Positions 11,321 through 21,356 of a DNA stretch of 64,000 bases are shown here, piece by piece. The notes below the pieces were generated by a model that was given only the letters and a program-made list of their open reading frames with translations, did no database searches and had not been told where the DNA came from. The position numbers and the translations under genes were made by a program. Source of the stretch: an uncultured Acidobacteriota bacterium (GTDB lineage: Bacteria; Acidobacteriota; Thermoanaerobaculia; Thermoanaerobaculales; Sulfomarinibacteraceae); assembly GCA_963753035.1 (NCBI GenBank), contig CAVWAW010000020.1:14040-78039 (forward strand), given 5' to 3'. Position 1 is the stretch's first letter. Each line of letters opens with the position of its first letter.

Positions 11321-12718
11321 TTACTTCGAGGGCAGCCTCACCGTAACCACAAGCCCTCCCTCGGGGTGATTCGTCGCGCTGATCTCGCCTCCGTGCGCCC
11401 GCACCGCTCCGGCGGCAATGGCGAGTCCGAGGCCGGCCCCGCCCGTGGAGCGGTCGCGGGCCTCCTCGACGCGGTGGAATGGCTCGAAGATCCGTTCGAG
11501 CTCATCGGCGCCGACGCCGGGGCCGTGGTCGCGAACCGTCACCCGCACGCCACCATCATCGACGGCGAGGTCCACCTCGACCACCGAACCGTCCTCGGTT
11601 TGGTGCACGGCGTTGCGGATGACGTTGTCGAAGGCGCTGCGAAGCAGCATCGGTCGGCCGGAGATCCGGCAGCCGTCGCCCGGCACGAATCGCACCTCGG
11701 TCCCCTCGGCTGCGGCCTCGAACCCGGCGTCCCCGGCGACCTCGGCGAGCAACCCCTCGAGATCGAACTCGACCGAGTCGTCTCCGGTGTTGCCGGCTTC
11801 GAGCCGCTGCAACAGCAAGAGTTGACCAATGAGGTCATCGAGTCTGCCGGCCTCGCGTTCGATCCGGTCCAGAGCTCCGGCGGCGGCTTCACCGGCGCGG
11901 GACCGCGCCAGCTCGAGGGCCACCACGAGTCGCGCCAGAGGCGACCGCAACTCGTGTGAGACGTCGCGCAGCAATCGCTGCTGAGATTCCACCAGGACTT
12001 CGATACGCTCGGCCATGGAGTCGAAGTCGCGCGCGAGTTCGCCGATCTCGTCCCGGCGTCCGGTGACCTTTGCTTCGACTCTCGCGGTGAGATCACCGTC
12101 GCTCAGCGCGCGGGTCGCGCGCCTGAGTGGCGCAACGGGCGAACTGAGGTATCGGGCGAGCCAGAAACTCAGACCGCCGACCACCATAACGAGCACTCCC
12201 AGGCGCCAGGACAGCGCTTTTGGGTCGAGCAGGTGGACCAGCCGTGGAGGACTCTGATGGGCCGCCACCACGGCCAGGTTGCGGCCGGTGGGGTCCACCA
12301 CGGGACGAGCCACGAGATAGAGCATCCCCGATCGCTCAGAGATCTCCTCACCCGCTGACAGCACCCGATCGGAGATGTCGAGGACCTCCGGCGGCGCCTC
12401 GTCTCCGTGGAGCTCTCGCCCCGTCTCGTCGAGGATGAAGACCTTGGCGGGCGTCGACCGCCGTCCGGCCCCGCTCCCCGATCCACGCCCATGTCCGCGC
12501 CCCCGACCGAGCGGCATGCCGTCAACACCCACCGCCTCGATGTGTCCGGCCGCCCTGTCAACCGACGACCGGGCCCAGCTCTCGGCGTCCCGGTGCCAGT
12601 CGTCGATCCCGGGCCGAGAGCGCGTGAAGAGCGGCGAGGTGACGACGAGCACCACTACCACCACCGCCATGGCGAGCCAAAACCACAGGAAGATACGGAG
12701 AAACAGGCTCCGCATCAT
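11321..12718 (-). CDS. CpxA-like sensor histidine kinase (in this sequence fused in frame to the upstream regulator)
   Basis: Begins MMRSLFLRIFLWFWLAMAVVVV (CpxA-like N-terminus) and is preceded by gggagg. It has two TM segments, a HAMP region, an H-box (VSHELRSPL) and ATPase boxes (RNAVHQT, DHGPGV, GGAGLGLAI). Confidence 0.85.
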   Translation of the reverse strand: MMRSLFLRIFLWFWLAMAVVVVVLVVTSPLFTRSRPGIDDWHRDAESWARSSVDRAAGHIEAVGVDGMPLGRGRGHGRGSGSGAGRRSTPAKVFILDETGRELHGDEAPPEVLDISDRVLSAGEEISERSGMLYLVARPVVDPTGRNLAVVAAHQSPPRLVHLLDPKALSWRLGVLVMVVGGLSFWLARYLSSPVAPLRRATRALSDGDLTARVEAKVTGRRDEIGELARDFDSMAERIEVLVESQQRLLRDVSHELRSPLARLVVALELARSRAGEAAAGALDRIEREAGRLDDLIGQLLLLQRLEAGNTGDDSVEFDLEGLLAEVAGDAGFEAAAEGTEVRFVPGDGCRISGRPMLLRSAFDNVIRNAVHQTEDGSVVEVDLAVDDGGVRVTVRDHGPGVGADELERIFEPFHRVEEARDRSTGGAGLGLAIAAGAVRAHGGEISATNHPEGGLVVTVRLPSK

Positions 12719-13408
12719 CGCCTCCCGCCCGGGCGGGAAATACTGATAACCCACACCGCGGACGGTCTTGATCCTCTCGCCTCCACCCGGGGCCGGCCCG
12801 AGTTTGCGGCGGAGATTGGAGATGTGAACATCGAGGGAACGGTCGAAGGCGTTGGTGCGACGGAAAAGCGCCGCCTGCGAGAGCTCGTCGCGGCTGACGA
12901 CATTTCCCGCCGACCGGATCAAGACCTCGAGGATCGAGAACTCGACTCCGGTCAGGGCGATCTCCTCTTCGCCGACGGTCACGCCGCGCGTCCCGAGATC
13001 GACGACGATATCGTCGACGCCGATTCGATCGCTGACCTCGGGCTCGAGCGAAGCGCGGCGGAGAATCGCCCTCATCCGGGCCGCGAGTTCGCGGGGGTTG
13101 AACGGCTTCGCCAGATAGTCGTCGGCGCCCATCTCGAGCCCGACGATGCGATCCACATCCTCGCCCCGAGCCGTGAGCATGAGCACCGGCACGCCCGAGG
13201 TCTCGCGGAGTTTTCGCAGAACTTCGAACCCGGTGAGGCCGGGGAGCATCACGTCCAGGATGACCAGGTCGTGCGTTCCCTCGAGCGCTCGCCGGAGCCC
13301 ACTGTCACCGTTGTGAACGACATCGACGGTGAATCCCTCACCGACGAGATACTCGGACACGAGTTCCGAGAGCTCGACATCGTCATCGATCAGCAGAACG
13401 TCACTCAT
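12719..13408 (-). CDS. OmpR/CpxR-family response regulator (no stop codon before the kinase start)
   Basis: Receiver motifs DDD...DVMLPG...KPF and the winged-helix end IKTVRGVGYQY. The ORF 11321-13408 continues ...FPPGREA-MMRSL into the kinase. Confidence 0.85.
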
Positions 13409-13574
13409 GCAGCGATCCTAACCCACAACGATGACGAAGATGTATCTCGTTGACGTTTCTTAAGCTTTCCCCACGCTTCCTAAGACAAAACCGGTCAACA
13501 ATAAAGGTGCCGGCGGCGTACATTCTCAGACAGAAGAAACGCCGCAACGGCGGCCAAACACACGGAGGCACGAC

Positions 13575-14123
13575 ATGAAAGCAAGAACCATCATTCTCAC
13601 TATCGCGGCCGCGGCCCTGATCGCCGCACCCGCAGTTCTCGTCGCCCAGCAGGGACCGGGTGGTCCGGGCGGCGGAAGCTGCGACGGCACCGGACCGCAC
13701 GGCGGCGGCATGGGCGGCCCCCACGACGGCGGCGGACCCGGCGGACAAGGTCTGCTTCGGATCTTCAATCGAGTCGCGGACCGGCTCGAACTCACCGCGG
13801 ACCAACGCACGCAGATCGAGGCCATCATCGAAGCCCACCGCACCGCGACCCAGGGCCTGCGCGATCAATCTGCCGCAGCCCGCGCCGAGTTCCGCGACAA
13901 TCACGACTTCGGGGATTTTGACGAGGTCGAATACCGCGCCTTCTTCGAAGCTCAGGCCGAGATCCAGGTCGAGCTCCACCTCGATGGTGCGCGCGCCACC
14001 GCCGAGGCCTGGAACATTCTCACCCCCGACCAACAGGAGCAACTCCTCGAGATCCTCGAGCTCCTCCGCGATGGTCGCGGCGGCCCGCGTCACGGCGGCG
14101 GCAAACGAGTCGGTCAGAAGTAG
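13575..14123 (+). CDS. Spy/CpxP-family periplasmic protein
   Basis: Signal peptide MKARTIILTIAAAALIAAPAVLVA, a Gly/Pro-rich linker and two LTxxQ motifs (LTADQRTQIEAI, LTPDQQEQLLEI). It is transcribed divergently from the Cpx-like pair. Confidence 0.6.
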   Translation: MKARTIILTIAAAALIAAPAVLVAQQGPGGPGGGSCDGTGPHGGGMGGPHDGGGPGGQGLLRIFNRVADRLELTADQRTQIEAIIEAHRTATQGLRDQSAAARAEFRDNHDFGDFDEVEYRAFFEAQAEIQVELHLDGARATAEAWNILTPDQQEQLLEILELLRDGRGGPRHGGGKRVGQK

Positions 14124-14141
14124 ACATTCTTCCCTCGTGAC

Positions 14142-14173
14142 AGGCGGCCCCTTTCCGGGGCCGCCTTTCTTTG
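14142..14173 (+). terminator. Rho-independent terminator after the Spy/CpxP-like gene
   Basis: aggcggcccc-tttcc-ggggccgcct (10-bp GC stem) followed by ttctttg, 19 nt after the stop codon. Confidence 0.75.
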
Positions 14174-14245
14174 ATGCTGGATGCTGGATGGGATCATCGC
14201 ACGCAGCGGCAGCCCACAGATCACACGGATGAACACAGATTCGAT

Positions 14246-14365
14246 CGCAGGCGGGGACGCCTGCGCTACAAGGATGTTCGCGATTTTGTAGCGCCCGCGT
14301 CCCCGCGGGCGATGGTCCCTTGGCGTCGATTCCCGCCGCAATCCCGAATCCCGCAAGAGGCTCAC
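14246..14365. repeat. Hairpin repeat family 2, copy 2
   Basis: cgcaggcggggacgcctgcgctacaaggatgttcgcgattttgtagcgcccgcgtccccgcgggcgatggtccc...ccgcaagaggctcac aligns along its length with 7169-7290. Confidence 0.75.
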
Positions 14366-14604
14366 GTGACATCTGCGTCGATCTGCGCTATCTGCGGTTC
14401 CTCCGTTCGATGGCTCCGATGGGAACTTGGAAAGCGCGACTCTCGCATCTCTTTCCTCCCGTTCCAAAAACGTCTGAGTCCTTTTGATGATTCGCCATCT
14501 CGATAAGATGCCCTCGCACCCGAAAAGGTGTAAAAATCATGCAAATCTCATAAAAGCGAAACACTTGCGCCGGCCCTCCGTACAAGATCCGGAAGGAGGC
14601 GCCG

Positions 14605-16839
14605 GTGAGCGCTCACGACTATCGACAGGGTCGGAATTCGTCCCGAGGGATCATTTTTCTTGGGGTTATTTTGTTGTTCGTTTCCTCGATCGGCGCCGCG
14701 GAGCCGAATCTCCAGATCCCTCGAATCGATGAGCGAATCTCGGTCGACGGCGTCCTCGACGAGGCGGTGTGGGATTCGGCGTGGTCCATGACCCTCGACT
14801 ACGAGGTCCGTCCGGGCGAGAACACCCCCGCGTTGGCCAAGACCGAGGTGCTGGTCTATCACGATGAATCGAGGCTCTTTGTCGGCTTTCGATCATGGGA
14901 CCCGGAACCTTCCGCGATCCGCGCCCATCTGTCGGACCGGGACAACTTCGGCCCCGATGACGCCATCGGGATCGTCCTCGACACCTTCAATGACGAACGC
15001 CGGAACTATCTCTTCATGGTCAACCCCCTGGGTGTTCAGCTCGACACCATCGAGACCATGGATGGCAACACACCCTGGGACGGCATCTGGACCTCGGAGG
15101 CAACCATCACCGACTGGGGCTGGACGGCCGAGCTTGAGATTCCTTTTTCGACATTGAGGTTCCAACGTAGCGACGGGCCCCAGACATGGGGATTCGACGC
15201 CATCCGCATGTATCCCCGCAATCTCTCACACCAGATGGGCTCCTTCGCCCGCGATCGCAGCAACAATTGCTACCGATGCCAGGCGCACAAGATCGAGGGG
15301 TTCGCAGGGGTTTCGCCGGGCCGCAACCTGGAGATCGTTCCCACCCTCACCGCCTCCCGTACCGACACCCGCGAAGATCTTCCCGACGGCCCCATGGAGG
15401 GCGGCGACCCCGAGATCGAGCTCGGCGCCACCGTCAGGTGGGGCTTCACCCCGAATCTGACTCTGAGCGGCACGATCAACCCGGACTTCTCGCAGATCGA
15501 GGCCGATGCCCTCCAACTGAGCGTCAATCGCCCATTCGCGATCTTCTTTCCAGAACTCCGGCCGTTCTTCATGGAGGGCGCCGACTTCTTCTCGACGACC
15601 TTTGCCGCGGTCTACACCAGGATGATGCGTGAACCCGCATGGGGTCTCAAACTCACGGGGAAGGAGGGGCCTCACACCGTCGGGGCCTATGTCGTCGAGG
15701 ACGATGTCACCAATCTCATCATCCCCGGAAGCGAGAGCTCGGATTTCACCTCCCTCGACCAGGGGAACCTCGCGACGGTCCTGCGCTATCGCTACGACGT
15801 CGGCCGCCACTTCACCCTCGGCGGTCTCCTCACCAACCGCGATGGGAACGACTACCTCAATCGGGTCGCGGGCATCGACGCCGACATCCGCTTGACGCCC
15901 CGCGACCGGATCCTCGCCCAGATTCTCAATTCGAAGACCCGTTATCCCGACGAAGTTATCCAGGATTTCGATCAGCCCGAAGGGGAATTCGATGACCTTG
16001 CCGCCGAGGTGATCTACATGCACGACACCCGCACCTGGGAGTGGTGGGGGGTGTATTCGAATATCGGCGCCGATTTCCGCGCCGATCTCGGTTTCATGCC
16101 GTGGGTCAACCGCGTCATCTATGAAGCGGGGCTCGGCTACACCTGGAACGCCACCGAGGACAGCTGGTACACGAAGCTCAACCTGAAGAGCAAGATCGCC
16201 CACGTGGTCGACCAGACCGGATTCCTGCTTTTCCACGAGGATGTGGTCCAGTTCACCGTCGAGGGGCCTCTGCAATCGCACTCGGTGATCCGACCCAGCC
16301 GGGTCCGGGAGGGCTACAACGGTCAGATCTTTGATTTCAACCGCGTCCGTCTTCACACCTGCGGAAAACCCAACGGCCACAGCCATCTTTGGTTCAATCT
16401 CGAAGGCGGCGGCAAGGTCGACTACGCCAACACACGCCCCGGAGACTTCTTCAACTTCGATGGCGGCTTCTGGTATCGCCTCGGCCGCCATTTCTATATC
16501 GAGCCCAAGTACACCCGCGAACGGATGACGGTTGACGAGGGTTGGCTCTACACCACCGCCATCGCTCAACTCCAGACCTCGTGGCAGTTCAACCCCAGGT
16601 GCTTCATCCGGGCGATCATCCAATACGCGGATAATGAGTTCAATCCGGCCCTCTACAGCGACGGACGCGACCCGGAGTACCGCGGACTCTTCACCCAGTT
16701 CCTCTTCTCCTACAAACTCAACCCGCGCACCGTGCTCTTTGTCGGCTACTCGGACAACTCCGCCGCCAACCAGGACTACGGCTTCACCAAAACCGACCGC
16801 ACCATTTTTGCCAAGGTGGGTTACGCCTGGGTGCTCTGA
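14605..16839 (+). CDS. CBM9-like/DUF5916-type large secreted or outer-membrane protein
   Basis: GTG start after ggaaggagg, then a signal/anchor segment. The N-terminus IPRIDERISVDGVLDEAVWDSA...VYHDESRLFVGF...DDAIGIVLDTFNDERRNYLF resembles the carbohydrate-binding family 9-like domain that precedes DUF5916. The C-terminus ends ...FAKVGYAWVL. Confidence 0.45.
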   Translation: MSAHDYRQGRNSSRGIIFLGVILLFVSSIGAAEPNLQIPRIDERISVDGVLDEAVWDSAWSMTLDYEVRPGENTPALAKTEVLVYHDESRLFVGFRSWDPEPSAIRAHLSDRDNFGPDDAIGIVLDTFNDERRNYLFMVNPLGVQLDTIETMDGNTPWDGIWTSEATITDWGWTAELEIPFSTLRFQRSDGPQTWGFDAIRMYPRNLSHQMGSFARDRSNNCYRCQAHKIEGFAGVSPGRNLEIVPTLTASRTDTREDLPDGPMEGGDPEIELGATVRWGFTPNLTLSGTINPDFSQIEADALQLSVNRPFAIFFPELRPFFMEGADFFSTTFAAVYTRMMREPAWGLKLTGKEGPHTVGAYVVEDDVTNLIIPGSESSDFTSLDQGNLATVLRYRYDVGRHFTLGGLLTNRDGNDYLNRVAGIDADIRLTPRDRILAQILNSKTRYPDEVIQDFDQPEGEFDDLAAEVIYMHDTRTWEWWGVYSNIGADFRADLGFMPWVNRVIYEAGLGYTWNATEDSWYTKLNLKSKIAHVVDQTGFLLFHEDVVQFTVEGPLQSHSVIRPSRVREGYNGQIFDFNRVRLHTCGKPNGHSHLWFNLEGGGKVDYANTRPGDFFNFDGGFWYRLGRHFYIEPKYTRERMTVDEGWLYTTAIAQLQTSWQFNPRCFIRAIIQYADNEFNPALYSDGRDPEYRGLFTQFLFSYKLNPRTVLFVGYSDNSAANQDYGFTKTDRTIFAKVGYAWVL

Positions 16840-16859
16840 CAATTCGTAGGACGAATTGT

Positions 16860-17110
16860 GGTGGCGCTCGCCGGGCTCGCGCCAGTAGGGCCGTGCGGCC
16901 CGCGGTCGCTCCCGATCCCGCTCCCGATCCCGATCCCGATGGGATGTTCAGCGATCGCGGCCACTCCAGATAAATGCTCGAAATCGCCATCGACGATCGT
17001 GAGTCGTGGTCCGAGATCAGCGGCGGCGTCCGAAGCCGTGGCGGCGTCCGGGACAGCGACAGCGTCCGCGGCCGTGGCAGCGTCCGTGGCAGCGACTGCG
17101 ACAGGGGCAA
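16860..17110. repeat. Low-complexity/short-period repeat block related to module Y of family 3
   Basis: Contains (cccgat/cccgct)n at ~16905-16940 and gcggcgtccg/gacagcgacagcgtccg/ggcagcgtccgtggcagcgac at ~17010-17100. A 9-bp hairpin, acaattcgt-agg-acgaattgt, sits right at the preceding stop codon (16839-16859). Confidence 0.55.
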
Positions 17111-17337
17111 CGAAAACCTCCAACCCTCAAGTCCCCAGGTCCTCATGACCTCGTGAAACACCCGACCGCCAGGGAACATCAACTCAACCCAGCCTCAGAA
17201 ATTCACGGGGAACGAGCGCAGCGAACTTCAACGGGAATTCCTGAGAGCTCCCGGTTCGGCTTCCGGGAATGGAGGCCCTCCCGGCCGGTGAGGCGATGCT
17301 GATATCCTACGCCGTGTAATCCTCTGAGGGAGATTGA

Positions 17338-17952
17338 ATGCGCTACTACTACCACCCCGGATCATCCAACTGCCGCAAGGTGAGCGCCGTCATCGAGATG
17401 CTCGGTGTGGATGCAAAATACGAGTTCGTCGATCTGCCCAAGGGCAAACAGGCGCAAGCCGAATTTCTCGCCGTCAACCCCAACGGGATGGTGCCGGCGC
17501 TGGTCGATGGCGACACCACCGTTCTCGAGTCGAACTGCATCATCATCCACCTCGCCGAGAAAACCGGCTCCGATTTGTGGCCCGAGGCACACCGCCTCGA
17601 GATCCTCCGCTGGATGTTCTGGGAACAATCGCATTTCATGTACGCCGCCGGCACGGTCTTCTTTCAGAAGATCCTCAAACCGCTGCTCGGCCAGGAGCCC
17701 GACGAGGCCCGGGTCGAAGAAGGCATGGCCAAGTTCCGCCGCCACGCCCGGGCCCTCGATGATCACCTGAAAGGACGGGAGTGGCTGGTCGGCGACTCCA
17801 TCACCCTCGCCGATCTCGCCGTCGCGGCGCAGCTGACCTACGCCAAGGCCACCGATCTGCCCATGGACGAGTTCCCCGACGTCCAACGCTGGTACTCAGC
17901 CATCGAAGAACTCCCGGCGTGGATAGCCACCCACCCCGCCCTCGCGGGGTAA
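17338..17952 (+). CDS. Glutathione S-transferase
   Basis: 204 aa with an N-terminal thioredoxin-like GST fold (YYHPGSSNCRKV...VNPNGMVPALVDGD..LESNCII.HLAEK) and a C-terminal helical domain. Confidence 0.8.
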   Translation: MRYYYHPGSSNCRKVSAVIEMLGVDAKYEFVDLPKGKQAQAEFLAVNPNGMVPALVDGDTTVLESNCIIIHLAEKTGSDLWPEAHRLEILRWMFWEQSHFMYAAGTVFFQKILKPLLGQEPDEARVEEGMAKFRRHARALDDHLKGREWLVGDSITLADLAVAAQLTYAKATDLPMDEFPDVQRWYSAIEELPAWIATHPALAG

Positions 17953-17997
17953 GGTCCGCGTCCCATGGATCCTTCAGGCCGGCATCCGAGCCGGAGG

Positions 17998-18170
17998 GCA
18001 CAATGAAACCGCGAAGACGCCAGGGCCGCGAAGGTGCCACCAAGTTTTTCTGACCCATCGTAAAGCTCCACTCAGCGCCTCGCCTAAAGAAACACAGGGA
18101 GTCCGAGTCAAACATGCGATGCTTTGCGGAACCTTCGCGCGCTTCGCGTCTTTCCGGTTCGATTGTGCGC
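17998..18170. repeat. ~170-bp TIR element, copy 2 of 3
   Basis: Termini are gcacaatgaaaccgcgaagacgc (17998-18020) and gcgtctttccggttcgattgtgcgc (18146-18170). The internal atgcgatgctttgcgg matches copy 1. Confidence 0.75.
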
Positions 18171-18224
18171 ACCGGTGGTCAAAGACCGCAACCTGGCGCT
18201 GACGACAAAGCTTGCAGTTCAGTT

Positions 18225-19148
18225 TCAGCCGATGCGGTAGCGCGCGATGTCGGGATTGATCCCCGTCGCCTTGTACTTCTCCCAGGTGTAGAACCCGCTG
18301 CCGGTCTTGGCGCCGAGTTGACCGGATTCCACCAGGCGTTTGAGCAGGGGGCTCGGCTTGTAGAAGGACCCGAGCTCCTCTTCGAGGACCTCGCAGATAA
18401 AGAGCATGGTGTCGAGCCCGACATAGTCGGCGGTCATCAGCGGACCCATCTTGTGGCCCAGGCAGTAAGTGCACTTGTCGACATCGTCGACCGAGGCGAT
18501 CCCCTCTTCAATGACCCGGATGGCCTCGTTGACAAAGGGCACGAACATCCGGTTGATGGCGAAGCCTGCCTTGTCCTCGGCCGCGATTTCGATCTTGCCG
18601 AGGTCGTGGCAGAGCGCGACGATGGTCTTGTAGGTCTCGTCCGAGGTCGCCAGACCGCGGATGATCTCGACACCCTTCTGCATCGGCACCGGATTCATGA
18701 AGTGCATGCCCATGAACTTCTCTGGTTTGCCGAAGGCGGCGCCGAGCCGGGTGATGGAAATCCCGGACGTGTTTGAGACCAGGATGTTGTCGTAGCCGAG
18801 TTCGGCCAGCTTGCGATTGATCTTCTCTTTGAGCTCGGGCCGCTCCGGAACCGCTTCGATGATGAGGTCGCAATCGAGGAGGTCTTCGCTCTGGGTGGTG
18901 GTGCTCAACCGGCCGACCGCCTGATCCTTCGCGGCGCCATCGATGCCCTTTTCGCCACCCGATTTTTCAAAGGCCTTGACCAATCGATCCAGGCTTCTCG
19001 ATATGGAGTCGAGCCCCTTCTCGAGGACCCCTGCATCCACATCCATGACGACCGTTTCAAAACCGCTCTGCGCGGCTACCTGGGCGATTCCGTTGCCCAT
19101 GGTTCCGATACCGATGACACCGATCTTCTTCAGTCCGCTCTCACTCAT
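18225..19148 (-). CDS. 3-hydroxyacyl-CoA / 3-hydroxybutyryl-CoA dehydrogenase
   Basis: Start taken at the internal ATG (MSESGLKKIGVIGIGTMGNGIAQ, NAD Rossmann GxGxxG). Also has HFMNPVP and the C-terminal dimerisation domain (GPLMTADYVGLD). Confidence 0.85.
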   Translation of the reverse strand: MSESGLKKIGVIGIGTMGNGIAQVAAQSGFETVVMDVDAGVLEKGLDSISRSLDRLVKAFEKSGGEKGIDGAAKDQAVGRLSTTTQSEDLLDCDLIIEAVPERPELKEKINRKLAELGYDNILVSNTSGISITRLGAAFGKPEKFMGMHFMNPVPMQKGVEIIRGLATSDETYKTIVALCHDLGKIEIAAEDKAGFAINRMFVPFVNEAIRVIEEGIASVDDVDKCTYCLGHKMGPLMTADYVGLDTMLFICEVLEEELGSFYKPSPLLKRLVESGQLGAKTGSGFYTWEKYKATGINPDIARYRIG

Positions 19149-19287
19149 GCCGCGCCTCCCGTTTTTTCTGAGCCGCAATACTCGCCGCATTGCGGCAGTG
19201 CCGGTCATTGTAACGCGGCCCTCGGGGAGTTGTGTTACACCAGTTGACGGGACGGCAATCCCGGGCTATATACGGGATCCGGAGTCT

Positions 19288-19911
19288 ATGGTGATCATCG
19301 AAATCGACCCCACATATCCCGAGGCCTGGCTTATTGCCCGCGCTGCGGATGTGCTGCGCAAGGGTGGGGTCGCCATCATCCCCACCGACACCGTCTACGG
19401 TCTCGCCTGCGGCATCAGCTACGACAAAGCCATCAAGCGGATCTACGCCCTCAAGGATATGGACCCGAAGAAACCGCTGGCCATCCTGGTCAAGGACATG
19501 GCCACCGTGGGTGAGTACGCGCGCGGCGTCACCACTCCGTACTTCAGGTTGTTGAAACGAGTCTTGCCCGGACCCTACACATTCATCTTCGAGGCAACCT
19601 CAGAGGTGCCCAAGATCATGCTCCGGAAGCGGCGCACCATCGGGATTCGGATGCCGGATCATCCCATCACCCTGGCCCTGCTCGAGGAACTCGACGAACC
19701 GCTTCTGACGACATCGGTCCGCACCCCGGACGACCAGTGGGTCATCGAACCGGTGGAGGTCGAGTCGACCCTCGACGACCGGGTCGATGTCGTGGTCGAT
19801 GGCGGCCCACTGGTGGCTCAGCCCTCCACGGTGGTTGATCTCTCGGGAAGCGGGCCCGTCCTCGTCAGAGAGGGCAAGGGTGACGTCGCAGCGTTGGAGC
19901 TGTTCGGTTAG
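19288..19911 (+). CDS. tsaC: L-threonylcarbamoyladenylate synthase (YrdC/TsaC-type, single domain)
   Basis: 207 aa from ATG 19288. YrdC motifs GGVAIIPTDTVYGLAC, KDMDPKKPLAILV, PGPYTFIF and IGIRMPDHP. Confidence 0.75.
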   Translation: MVIIEIDPTYPEAWLIARAADVLRKGGVAIIPTDTVYGLACGISYDKAIKRIYALKDMDPKKPLAILVKDMATVGEYARGVTTPYFRLLKRVLPGPYTFIFEATSEVPKIMLRKRRTIGIRMPDHPITLALLEELDEPLLTTSVRTPDDQWVIEPVEVESTLDDRVDVVVDGGPLVAQPSTVVDLSGSGPVLVREGKGDVAALELFG

Positions 19912-20011
19912 CGAGCAGGTGAGGGGTGAGGAGTCAGGGGTTAGGAGTTAGACGTGCGGAACCCTCCTCACCCCTCACCAGCGACCGGAGGGAGCGCTCA
20001 CTCCTCACCCG

Positions 20012-21325
20012 CTACTCCGCTAAGCTGATGCCTTTCGCCTTGGGTCCGAGTTCGATGTCCTGCGGCAGATGGTGTCCGTTGACCCAGATGATCCGCTGCG
20101 CTTCGAGTTGGTAGCGCACCCGGCGCACCGCGCGGACGAGATCGTCGATGTTGTCCACCGGCCGCGAATCACCCCAACCCGGAGGCACGTGCTTCGCCGG
20201 ACCGGAAAGATCCCAGACGATGAGCGGCACTCTGAGGGCGCCGAGATACCTTCGGGCCGTCTCGGCGGAGAATCTGCTCCCGTCCTCACGCTCCTCGCCG
20301 AGCAGGAGAATCACGGCTCGCCGTCCATTACCCTCGGCGGCGCGGATACCGGCCACGGCGACGGCATCGGACATCATCAACGGACCCGCGAGGTGGGACG
20401 CCGGAGATGTCCCGATGGTCCCGGCCACGACCCCGTCCGACCCCGGGATCGGCTTGGCGGAGAAGGGAAAGAGCACCGTCGATGACGATCCCTCGCCGGA
20501 CACGACGGGCTCCGGCGACAGGGTCAGAAGATCCACGTCGTCCTCGAAGGTGTCGAGTGAGCGATTCTTCGAGGGATTCCTCCGCGCCTTCTTGCGTCGG
20601 CGTTCGAGCTCCGGATCCATGGCTGCCAGTCGATGGACGACGGTCGGATCGCGAACGACAACCACCCTCGCCCCCGGCTTTTCGACGGCCGCCACTCGAA
20701 TTTCGCCTCCGTCACCGACAAACCAGCCTTCCATGGCCTCGACGGATGGAAGTTCATCGAGATCTTCGAGGACCACCGCGACGGCGGTGAGCCCCGAATC
20801 GTGCTCGCCCTCGAACTCGGGCCCGAAGACGAGTTCGCGTCGGATGATGACATCGGAGGAGAACTCGAACTCCGCCGTCAGGACATGGACCCTTTGTTCT
20901 GGAACTCCGGTGAGATCGATACGATACGGCGGCCGCACCTTGAGGTCCCGACCGTCGAGTTCGACGAGGATCCTCCTCGGCTTATTGAACTCTGGGCTCG
21001 TCCATGTCAGCCGGGCCGCGGTCACGGTCCCGGACTCATCTCGAATGGCGACGATCTCGGCTTCCGCCGATTGACCGGGAAGATTGAGGAGCTTGCGGTC
21101 CCTGCCCAGCTCTCGACCGCCGGCGTCCAACGCCACCGCTTCGAACTCCGCCGGGAGGAGATTACGGCCGAAATCGATCTGTGTCGCCCAGGGGGCCGTC
21201 TCGATCTCAGCCACGATTTCGCCGTCAAGACGGAACTCGACCCTGGCGACCGGCCCGGACACGGTCACTTCGACATTCTGCACGCCGACGACCAGACCGA
21301 CAAAGAGGCTGAGAAACTCGATCAT
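20012..21325 (-). CDS. Hypothetical membrane-anchored protein (weak VWA-like C-terminal region)
   Basis: Start taken at MIEFLSLFVGLVVG (TM), which avoids overlap with the upstream gene. The C-terminal segment RRAVILLLGEEREDGSRFSAETARRYLGALRVPLIVWDL resembles a VWA-type fold. No catalytic motif recognised. Confidence 0.45.
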   Translation of the reverse strand: MIEFLSLFVGLVVGVQNVEVTVSGPVARVEFRLDGEIVAEIETAPWATQIDFGRNLLPAEFEAVALDAGGRELGRDRKLLNLPGQSAEAEIVAIRDESGTVTAARLTWTSPEFNKPRRILVELDGRDLKVRPPYRIDLTGVPEQRVHVLTAEFEFSSDVIIRRELVFGPEFEGEHDSGLTAVAVVLEDLDELPSVEAMEGWFVGDGGEIRVAAVEKPGARVVVVRDPTVVHRLAAMDPELERRRKKARRNPSKNRSLDTFEDDVDLLTLSPEPVVSGEGSSSTVLFPFSAKPIPGSDGVVAGTIGTSPASHLAGPLMMSDAVAVAGIRAAEGNGRRAVILLLGEEREDGSRFSAETARRYLGALRVPLIVWDLSGPAKHVPPGWGDSRPVDNIDDLVRAVRRVRYQLEAQRIIWVNGHHLPQDIELGPKAKGISLAE

Positions 21326-21356
21326 CGCAGGCAGTACGCAGATGTCATGGAAGAGG

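Noticed and set aside
13401-14372. 323-aa minus-strand ORF covering the Spy/CpxP-like gene and the cpx control region.
   Set aside because: It runs through a divergent promoter region, a terminator hairpin and a repeat copy. It has no motifs, and the opposite strand encodes a protein with a signal peptide and LTxxQ motifs.
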